Below are positions 1 through 6,346 of a DNA stretch of 24,000 nucleotides, one piece after another. How positions within the stretch are numbered: the first letter of the stretch is position 1; every line of letters begins with the position of its first letter. The DNA is taken from contig CALXQE010000096.1 in the NCBI GenBank assembly GCA_944390495.1, positions 1 through 24,000 on the forward strand, given 5' to 3'. The position numbers and the translations under genes are program-made. The DNA is from an uncultured Clostridia bacterium (GTDB lineage Bacteria; Bacillota; Clostridia; UBA1381). The notes under the pieces were generated by a model. That model had not been told where the DNA came from and searched no databases. It saw only the letters and a list, made by a program, of their open reading frames with translations.

Positions 1-362
1 TAATACCTAAGGAAATGATAGGAGACTATGGATTTAGGATTGTCGATGATAAGGGTATATACAGCGGATACTTTGACGGCGATAAACCTATAGAAAGAGA
101 AGAAATGGCATATATAATGCAAGCAGCATATCAGTATAGCTTGACGGAAGATACATACCAACAGCTTGAAACACCATTTGATATGCACTTTACAGATTTA
201 AGCGCTGTATCGGTTTGGGCACTTGACGGTATACGCCATGCCTATGCACAGGGATTTATTTCCGGAATGGAGGACGGTACATTCCGTCCGCAGGAAACGG
301 CAACACGTGCTCAGGCAGCTGCTATTATAAATAATGTGTTAAGTGTAACGGAGGTGCAGTAA
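1..362 (+). CDS. SLH-domain (S-layer homology) cell-surface protein, C-terminal part; the CDS enters from upstream of the window
   Basis: The frame is open from base 3 to the stop at 360-362. The sequence FTDLSAVSVWALDGIRHAYAQGFISGMEDGTFRPQETATRAQAAAIINNVL is a typical SLH repeat, and a second degenerate one lies N-terminal to it. Confidence 0.6.
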   Translation, partial: IPKEMIGDYGFRIVDDKGIYSGYFDGDKPIEREEMAYIMQAAYQYSLTEDTYQQLETPFDMHFTDLSAVSVWALDGIRHAYAQGFISGMEDGTFRPQETATRAQAAAIINNVLSVTEVQ

Positions 363-363
363 C

Positions 364-468
364 TTGTTTAGTAAAAAAACTATAAGAATAATATGCCTTG
401 TTACAGCAGTGGCAATGGTTGTACCTATTTGTATAGGAATTGTATCAATGTTTACCGGAATAAACTGA
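364..468 (+). CDS. possible 34-aa hydrophobic micropeptide (TTG start), translationally coupled to the SLH gene
   Basis: GGAGG at 350-354 lies 9 nt before TTG 364. The product (M)FSKKTIRIICLVTAVAMVVPICIGIVSMFTGIN has one predicted TM helix. The ORF ends just before the terminator hairpin. Confidence 0.2.
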   Translation: MFSKKTIRIICLVTAVAMVVPICIGIVSMFTGIN

Positions 469-478
469 TTATAATAAA

Positions 479-518
479 ATGAGGACTTATGCAAAAATGC
501 AGAAGTCCTCATTTTTTA
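479..518. terminator. bidirectional rho-independent terminator between the SLH gene and dpaB
   Basis: A 10-bp perfect stem (ATGAGGACTT 479-488 / AAGTCCTCAT 503-512) is followed by a T-run and preceded by an A-run. It sits between convergent genes. Confidence 0.65.
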
Positions 519-534
519 TCTTTTGGAATCTATA

Positions 535-1116
535 TTAAAAGCCTAAAACAGGCTGTAATTGTTTACCTTCTAATGCAGCTTTTGCCGCATCTGTTAACTT
601 ATCAAAGTCAGCTACCAATGAAGTTGGTTTTTTGACATAATCGTCCTGAGAAAATGGCAGGAAATATATGTTTTTACAATTTAATAGAGTACCTATATTT
701 TTCGCGGCAGTTCCCAGCCCGTCATTTGTAGATACTCCGATAAGTACAGGTTTTTGGTTACGTAGATGTGCTTTTACAGCCATTGTAACTGATGTATCAG
801 CTATTCCATTTGCTATTTTAGCAAGAGAATTTCCTGTACATGGTAAAATTATAAGCAGGTCAAGAAGATTTTTAGGACCGATTGGTTCGGCTTCCTTTAC
901 AGTGCTTATAATTTTATTGCCTGTAAGTGTTTTTAATTGTTCCTGAAAGTCTTTTGCTTTTCCAAAACGTGTATCAGTACTGTACGACATACTACTCATA
1001 ATAGGTATAACATTTGCACCGGTGTGCATAAGTTTTGTTAATGCGGCTATTGATTTTGAAAATGTGCAGAAACTTCCGCACATTGCATAGCCTATTGTTT
1101 TATTTTCCCAATCCAT
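535..1116 (-). CDS. dpaB: dipicolinate synthase subunit B (flavoprotein subunit)
   Basis: The 193-aa product aligns by eye along its full length with B. subtilis SpoVFB (motifs TGSxCT, TRFG, EPLGPK, TGNSxxKxAN, STNDxLG, FxPFxQDD, LQP). A GGGGGTG RBS lies inside the end of the dpaA 3' fragment. Confidence 0.9.
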   Translation of the reverse strand: MDWENKTIGYAMCGSFCTFSKSIAALTKLMHTGANVIPIMSSMSYSTDTRFGKAKDFQEQLKTLTGNKIISTVKEAEPIGPKNLLDLLIILPCTGNSLAKIANGIADTSVTMAVKAHLRNQKPVLIGVSTNDGLGTAAKNIGTLLNCKNIYFLPFSQDDYVKKPTSLVADFDKLTDAAKAALEGKQLQPVLGF

Positions 1117-1118
1117 AT

Positions 1119-1607
1119 TTACACCCCCAATTCATTTATAATGTTAATAATTGTATCCTTTATTATTGCACCAGATGTAACCGGAGCAATTTTTCCGGGA
1201 AGGGATAACGCCCAAATTACTCTTATGTTATATTCTTTTGCAGCATCAAAATCTACCCCCCCGGGCTTTGATGCAAGATCTATAATCAGTGCATCTTTTT
1301 TGACTTTTTTCAAAAGCTGATCATCTAAAATCAGTGACGGTATAGTGTTGAAGATTATATCAAATTCATGTATGTGACTATTAAGCTGTTCAATAGGTAA
1401 AGATACATAACCGTGACCTTCAATCATTGCAAGGTCTGCAAATTTTCGTGCTTCAACGTATGTCTGTGCACCCATTCCGTATAAATCCTTTGCAAGAATT
1501 TTTCCTATTTTACCATAACCTAAAACAAGACATTTGCTGCCGTGAATAGTAATAGGTGTTTCGGAAATGGCAATTTCTATCGCACCCTCCGCGGTAGGGA
1601 TTGCGTT
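1119..1607 (-). CDS. dpaA: dipicolinate synthase subunit A, 3' (C-terminal) fragment of a split gene
   Basis: The frame stays open upstream of the track ORF (1119-1475) up to 1613. It reads TANAIPTAEGAIEIAISETPITIHGSKCLVLGYGKIGKILAKDLYGMGAQ..., which matches the SpoVFA Rossmann segment (PTVEGTIM...IHGS...VLGLGRTG). It has no start codon or promoter of its own. Confidence 0.85.
   Translation of the reverse strand, partial: NAIPTAEGAIEIAISETPITIHGSKCLVLGYGKIGKILAKDLYGMGAQTYVEARKFADLAMIEGHGYVSLPIEQLNSHIHEFDIIFNTIPSLILDDQLLKKVKKDALIIDLASKPGGVDFDAAKEYNIRVIWALSLPGKIAPVTSGAIIKDTIINIINELGV
1591..1607. repeat. attL core: 17-bp imperfect direct repeat GCGGTAGGGATTGCGTT (partner at 21696-21712)
   Basis: 15 of 17 bases are identical to GCAGTAGGGACTGCGTT at 21696-21712 in the same orientation. 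Both copies encode NA(I/V)PTA of dpaA on the minus strand. Confidence 0.8.
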
Positions 1608-1953
1608 AGCGGTTTAGCTATAAATTAAAAAAGATCCCTAAGACGGAATCTTCTTGATAGGAGATGTTTATCTTTAATTTACCTAAATAATAAAATTTAT
1701 AGTCATTTATTCTTTTGAATATAGTGTCATAATTTTAGATGTTTTTTAAGTAGATATAATTTAGAGTTAAGAGAAAAATATTGTGATTTTTTTACATACA
1801 GAACACAGAACAAAAAATATCAAATATATTTAAAAACCCTTATAATATCGGGTTTATAGACAAAATATAGTATATAATAAAATCGGTGTTTAAGTGGAAA
1901 CTAAAACTTTATAAACGGACTTTTTTAGGTATCTAAAAGCTGCTGGTAAAAAA

Positions 1954-1983
1954 ATATCCCTACGATTGTAGGGATATTTTTTT
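1954..1983. terminator. bidirectional rho-independent terminator hairpin
   Basis: A 10-bp perfect stem (ATATCCCTAC / GTAGGGATAT) with loop GATT is flanked by A7 and T7 runs. Confidence 0.55.
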
Positions 1984-2021
1984 ATGTAAATATAAAAATA
2001 TATTATCATTTTAACCGTTCT

Positions 2022-2186
2022 TTAATCATTTGATTGTTTATCGGATAGGTGTTCGTTCTTGTCATCAAGCTCCAAAAATTCTGCAAAAAAGCAAAGACAA
2101 ATGTGTTCACCTTTATCATGTTTTTTAAAAGTATATCGTCTGTCAGCTTTACGAATAATCCCTGATTCGAATAATTCTTTTTTCAT
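2022..2186 (-). CDS. small hypothetical ORF (54 aa), not in the supplied track
   Basis: It runs from ATG 2186 to TAA 2022 and encodes MKKELFESGIIRKADRRYTFKKHDKGEHICLCFFAEFLELDDKNEHLSDKQSND. It is followed on its strand by the 1954-1983 terminator. The RBS is poor, and the frame is open a further 23 codons upstream without a start, so it may be a gene remnant. Confidence 0.2.
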   Translation of the reverse strand: MKKELFESGIIRKADRRYTFKKHDKGEHICLCFFAEFLELDDKNEHLSDKQSND

Positions 2187-2330
2187 AGATTTTGTATTAT
2201 ATTTAAGTTCATCCTTTATAAAGTCTTCGACGATTCGGTTATTGATATAAAAAATTCAAGTGTCATAGGGCATAGGAGTAAGAAATGCTTGGTAGTTTGA
2301 ATGATTAAATTCTTCAATCCATACAGTATT

Positions 2331-2585
2331 TTATGGTAAGTCGGATTTGTGTTCTTCGTAAAGTTGTTTAACAAAATCTAATAGTTTTTGTATGTTTGTA
2401 TTAGGCATTGGGCCTTGTAGACTATCTACAGTAGGTGGTGCTGATTTTAGATTTTTATCTTCCATGTATAAATCCAGAATTTTTATTAATTGTTTGTATA
2501 AATAAGTATAGTCACAGTCCATTTTTGATAATACAAGGGATATAATATCTATAGTTTTTGAAAAATAAATATATATTATTTTCAT
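2331..2585 (-). CDS. hypothetical protein (84 aa), divergent from the recombinase module
   Basis: An open frame this long is unlikely by chance in ~30% GC non-coding DNA. It has no convincing RBS and no recognisable motifs. Confidence 0.3.
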   Translation of the reverse strand: MKIIYIYFSKTIDIISLVLSKMDCDYTYLYKQLIKILDLYMEDKNLKSAPPTVDSLQGPMPNTNIQKLLDFVKQLYEEHKSDLP

Positions 2586-2608
2586 ATTAATATATGGGAG
2601 GTGTTGTT

Positions 2609-2734
2609 ATGCGACAATTAAGTCTTACGCAGAAACAAAAACTAAAGGAAAGTTATCGCCGTGGAATAGTACGGGAACTGTATGCAAAATCGCTTATAAG
2701 TGAATCGCAGTTCAGAAGACTTATGCAAAAGTAA
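2609..2734 (+). CDS. 41-aa basic protein immediately upstream of the recombinase; SHOCT-like C-terminal motif; candidate recombinase accessory or directionality factor
   Basis: The GGGAGG RBS at 2596-2601 lies 7 nt before the ATG. The product is MRQLSLTQKQKLKESYRRGIVRELYAKSLISESQFRRLMQK. The stop lies 33 nt before the recombinase start on the same strand. Confidence 0.5.
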   Translation: MRQLSLTQKQKLKESYRRGIVRELYAKSLISESQFRRLMQK

Positions 2735-2767
2735 AAATAAAAAAGATGTGGAGGGAGGTGTTTTGTG

Positions 2768-4360
2768 ATGCTCAAAGTTGCGGCCTATGCACGTGTATCA
2801 ACGGATAAAGACGATCAGATAAATTCACTGATAAATCAAAAAGAATATTTTGAAAACTACATAAAATCTCACGACGGTTGGTTATACAGCGGAGTGTTTT
2901 ATGACGAGGGTGTCACAGGCACCCAAACAAAAAAACGAATAGGTTTTAAAAGAATGATTGAAGAATGCAGGGCGGGGAATATTGACTTAGTACTTACAAA
3001 AGAAGTCAGCCGCTTTGCAAGAAATACAGTAGATACACTTAAATATACACGTAAGTTAAAGGAATACGGTGTTGGTGTACTGTTTATAAATGATAATATA
3101 GATACAAGGGAAAATGACGGGGAATTTCGACTTTCTATAATGGCATCGGTTGCTCAGGAGGAAAGCCGAAAAACATCAGAGCGTGTCAAATGGGGACAGC
3201 GGCGTTCGATGGAAAACGGTGTAGTATTTGGTAACAACAGTATTTTGGGGTTTAATATAAAAAACGGTGTAATCACCGTAAATGACGATGAAGCAGAAAT
3301 TGTGCGTCTTATATACCACAAGTACATAAATGAGGGAAAAGGAACTCATGTTATAGCAAGGGAATTGTATGAATCAGGTATAAAATCGCCTAAATCTTCA
3401 AAGGACCTTTGGAGCAGTACCATGATTTTAAAAATACTTAGAAATGAAAAATATGTAGGAGATCTTTTGCAGAAAAAATCAGTAACAACTGATTATCTTA
3501 CCCATAAGCGAATTATAAATGACAGCGACGATAAAATATTTATCGAAAATCATCACGAGGCTATAATTGACCGTGACACATGGAACAGAACACAGGAAGA
3601 ATTAAAACGGCGTAGCGTTGACGCTGATACAAAAAAGAAATACTCAAACAGATATTGGTGTTCGGGTAAAATTATTTGTAGCAGCTGTGGCGAAAGATTT
3701 GTTATACGTCGAAGCAGAAAAGTAAGCGGTGAGTATATTACTTGGGCGTGCCATTCAAGAGTATCACGTGGTAACAGAAAGATTGATGCAAACGGTAAAG
3801 AGGTCGGGTGTAATATGCGAATGATTAATAATAAGTCGCTGCTTGAATGTATGCGTTTTGTGACAGAGCAAATAAGTGTTGATTTTAATGATATAGTTGA
3901 TGAAGTGGTGTCGGAGATTAATGTGATGTCGCAATGTAATGATGATTCTATGTCAATCAATAGGCATATTCGCGATATAGAAGATAAGAAACTTAAAATG
4001 CTTGATAGCTATTTTGAGGGGATTATAAATTTCTATGAAATGGAAAAATTAAAGAGTAAGTATGATGGTCAGCTTGATAAATTAAATCAGCAGCTTGCAG
4101 AAGCGGAAAATAGACAAAACGCAATTAAAGAAAGACAACGTAGCTTGTCTGAGCTTAGGGATATTATTATCAATCAGACAATATATTCCCAGAGCGTATA
4201 TGCAGAAATACTTGATAAAATTACGGTGTATGATGATTATATGATTATAAAGCCTAAGTATATTGATTTTGTATTTAAAATCAGATATTCTACCCATGGA
4301 TATAAAGAAAACTATACTACGGTCATAGAGGAATGTACTATTGCTCCCGCAGATGAATAA
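2768..4360 (+). CDS. large serine recombinase (resolvase/invertase N-domain, recombinase domain, zinc ribbon and coiled coil)
   Basis: The N-terminus MLKVAAYARVSTDKDDQ carries the catalytic Ser motif, followed by SRFARN and Cys clusters CSGKIICSSCG...WACHS...GC. The C-terminus is a long Lys/Glu-rich coiled coil. GGAGG at 2754-2758 is the RBS. GTG 2765 is an alternative start. Confidence 0.93.
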   Translation: MLKVAAYARVSTDKDDQINSLINQKEYFENYIKSHDGWLYSGVFYDEGVTGTQTKKRIGFKRMIEECRAGNIDLVLTKEVSRFARNTVDTLKYTRKLKEYGVGVLFINDNIDTRENDGEFRLSIMASVAQEESRKTSERVKWGQRRSMENGVVFGNNSILGFNIKNGVITVNDDEAEIVRLIYHKYINEGKGTHVIARELYESGIKSPKSSKDLWSSTMILKILRNEKYVGDLLQKKSVTTDYLTHKRIINDSDDKIFIENHHEAIIDRDTWNRTQEELKRRSVDADTKKKYSNRYWCSGKIICSSCGERFVIRRSRKVSGEYITWACHSRVSRGNRKIDANGKEVGCNMRMINNKSLLECMRFVTEQISVDFNDIVDEVVSEINVMSQCNDDSMSINRHIRDIEDKKLKMLDSYFEGIINFYEMEKLKSKYDGQLDKLNQQLAEAENRQNAIKERQRSLSELRDIIINQTIYSQSVYAEILDKITVYDDYMIIKPKYIDFVFKIRYSTHGYKENYTTVIEECTIAPADE

Positions 4361-4391
4361 CGACAACAAAAAAGCTGTCGTTATTTTTTTA
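4359..4391 (+). terminator. rho-independent terminator after the recombinase gene
   Basis: The stem AACGACA / TGTCGTT is followed by a T-rich run (ATTTTTTTAT). Confidence 0.6.
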
Positions 4392-4401
4392 TCCACAATA
4401 G

Positions 4402-4710
4402 TCCGATACTTGCGAAAAACATTATGGTATACTTGACCTAAAGGCGAAATGACAGTATCAATTTCGGATGCTTCACGTGTGTTTTAGGCTAACTAAAGAA
4501 TATAAAATTACACCGTCAATGTCAATACGTGGTAATCTATATGACAATGCCTTAGCTGAAAATTTCTTTTCTATTCTTAAAACTGAGTGCATTCACAGGA
4601 TTCAACTGCACACCTATTAAGGGGAGATCCGCCTCATAGGTCAATACATAGATTTCTACAACAATTACCATATTCAAACTAAAACAAAATTGACACCATT
4701 TGAAAAATGA
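4402..4710 (+). pseudogene. IS3-family transposase (OrfB) 3' remnant, 5'-truncated with in-frame stops
   Basis: A single frame reads ...ILDLKAK*QYQFRMLHVCFRLTKEYKITPSMSIRGNLYDNALAENFFSILKTECIHRIQLHTY*GEIRLIGQYIDFYNNYHIQTKTKLTPFEK*. It contains the IS3 DDE C-terminal signature SMSxxGNxYDNAxxExFFxxLKxE and the YIxFYNN tail. In-frame stops lie at 4450-4452 and 4618-4620. Confidence 0.65.
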
Positions 4711-5234
4711 TGTTAGTTTATTGATTAAAATTTAATTATTCTAACATGGGTATACTTTTTTTGTGCTGTCCACACAATCTGGGCGGTTTAATAATATGTA
4801 TATGCTCTGATTTTTATAAACAATATGTCTTATCTTGCAACGTACAGTTCAAAATAAAGTCCAGAAAAACCATTTATCAAAGAGATATACTTTGCATAGA
4901 GTATGCGATATATTAAAAAATTGAATATAGCAAAAAATAGTATTTAGGTTAAAATGTACATTATCAGAAGTCATCTCAAGTTACACACGAACTTGTTTGT
5001 GTGATAAGAACAATAAGATTTTATGTTATCTGTATTAATATATTTTAAATCGTAATAATCTCTAAAGGATAATTATACAATCTATTGAAATATAATCGTT
5101 AAAAGATTACGGTATGATATGTAAAAAAATGGACATAATGGAATTGGAAGGGAAATAAAAGTTAATATTTTGTGTATTTTGTACAAAATAATATATAAAT
5201 TAATATATAAACTAATAAAAATGATATTTTCCTA

Positions 5235-5263
5235 TTGACAAACAACTGATTTTGTAGTAATCT
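5235..5263 (+). promoter_or_regulatory. putative sigma-A promoter of the beta-glucoside operon
   Basis: It reads TTGACA (5235-5240), 17 nt, TAATCT (5258-5263). The -10 is weak. It would place the transcript start just before the first RAT. Confidence 0.35.
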
Positions 5264-5276
5264 GATAACAGAAAAA

Positions 5277-5347
5277 GTTTGTTATTACGTGATGGTAAGC
5301 AAGACTGTTTATAATGCTGTTTTTGGGGTATTATAAGCAGTTTTTTT
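5277..5347 (+). promoter_or_regulatory. RAT (ribonucleic antiterminator) element overlapping a terminator, upstream of licT
   Basis: GTTTGTTATTACGTGATGGTAAGCAAGAC resembles the sacB/bgl RAT consensus (GGTTTGTTACTGATAAAGCAGGCAAGACCT). Its 3' end overlaps the stem CTGTTTATAAT / ATTATAAGCAG, which is followed by T7. Confidence 0.7.
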
Positions 5348-5372
5348 ATCTTTTACACGAGAGGTGAGAATT

Positions 5373-6224
5373 ATGGAAATTATCCGAGTTTTGAATACAA
5401 ATGCCGTTGTGACGGTTGATAAAAATCAACATGAGATAATTGTAACGGGTCCAGGACTTGGTTTTCGTAAGAAAAAGGGTGATTCTCTTGATGAGTCGTT
5501 AATAGATAAAACCTACAAACTGCAAAGTAATGAAGACAGTCGCAAACTTCAGGAGTTTGTTATGGCTGTTTCAGAACAATACCTCGATATTGCCAAACGT
5601 GTAGTTACAGAGGCTAGAGAAAAAGAAGGTCTGAAAATAAATGATGTACTCTATGTTACACTTACAGATCATATTAATTCAGCCATTGAAAGATATCAAT
5701 CAGGAATTGTGCTTAATAATGTGCTGAAATCAGATATTGAAAAATTTTATCCCAAAGAGTTTTCGATAGGAAAAAAGGCTATCCTATGGATTAAAGAAGA
5801 AACGGGGATTGACTTAGGTGATAATGAGGCAGCATTTATTGCTATGCACATAGTTGCATCTCAAACCAATGATAACAATACATCTAATGTACAAAAAATG
5901 ACAGAACTTATTAATGCTATTGTACAGATTGCAAGACTTCATTTTAAAGTTGATTTTCATGAAAATTCGTTTTCATATCAAAGATTTATTACACACTTGA
6001 AGTTTTTTGCAGGAAGAGTTTTTGATAATGCTACCTACAAAGACAGCATGTCTGAAATTTATAATATAATTATAAAACAAAATGCTTATGTCTATTCAGG
6101 AGTTCAGAAGGTTGCAGAATTTATAAAAAAAAGATATAACTATATTTTGAGTGTTGATGAGGCATTTTATCTTATGATTCATTTGAAACGTATCCTTGAT
6201 GAGGAACAACAGAATACACTATAA
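5373..6224 (+). CDS. licT: BglG/LicT/SacY-family PRD-containing transcription antiterminator
   Basis: The N-terminus MEIIRVLNTNAVV...GPGLGFRKKKGD is a CAT RNA-binding domain, followed by two PRD-like halves. GAGAGG lies 9 nt upstream of ATG 5373. The track start at 5364 is an upstream GTG. Confidence 0.9.
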   Translation: MEIIRVLNTNAVVTVDKNQHEIIVTGPGLGFRKKKGDSLDESLIDKTYKLQSNEDSRKLQEFVMAVSEQYLDIAKRVVTEAREKEGLKINDVLYVTLTDHINSAIERYQSGIVLNNVLKSDIEKFYPKEFSIGKKAILWIKEETGIDLGDNEAAFIAMHIVASQTNDNNTSNVQKMTELINAIVQIARLHFKVDFHENSFSYQRFITHLKFFAGRVFDNATYKDSMSEIYNIIIKQNAYVYSGVQKVAEFIKKRYNYILSVDEAFYLMIHLKRILDEEQQNTL

Positions 6225-6226
6225 TA

Positions 6227-6318
6227 GGTTTGTTATTATTAAGTTAAGCAAGACCTGATTGTAAATTTTACGCATAATACCCGGGAATGTGTATCATTTG
6301 CAGTCAGGTCTTTATTTA
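6227..6318 (+). promoter_or_regulatory. second RAT element overlapping a terminator, upstream of the PTS gene
   Basis: GGTTTGTTATTATTAAGTTAAGCAAGACCTGA is a very close RAT match. AAGACCTGA (6250-6258) pairs with TCAGGTCTT (6304-6312), followed by TATTTAT. Confidence 0.75.
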
Positions 6319-6346
6319 TAAAAATAAAAGAAAAGAGGTATTTATT

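Noticed and set aside
668-946. Plus-strand 92-aa ORF inside dpaB.
   Set aside because: It is antisense to a confidently identified dpaB. It has no RBS and its composition is not protein-like.
1621-1680. An imperfect inverted repeat (AAATTAAAAAAGAT...ATCTTTAATTT) just inside the left end of the element.
   Set aside because: It is AT-rich and imperfect, and it lies outside the symmetric 48-bp attP-like core. It could be an accessory binding site, but the evidence is too weak to call.
2059-2250. Plus-strand 63-aa track ORF (MSSSSKNSAKKQRQ...).
   Set aside because: It has no RBS and a low-complexity start. The opposite strand holds a more plausible, though still weak, small ORF followed by a terminator. 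I treat the plus-strand frame as noise.
3553-4396. Minus-strand ORFs 3553-3960 and 4082-4396, overlapping the recombinase gene.
   Set aside because: They are antisense shadows of the recombinase CDS, which has full-length domain support.
4720-5230. A ~500-bp AT-rich non-coding stretch, checked for small ORFs, CRISPR-like repeats, cre boxes and structured RNA.
   Set aside because: I found only short, weak palindromes (e.g. TTTTGTACAAAA near 5180). There are no repeat-spacer periodicity, no RBS-preceded ORF and no cre-like TGxAAxCGxTxxCA match. It is likely decayed IS-flanking or promoter DNA.
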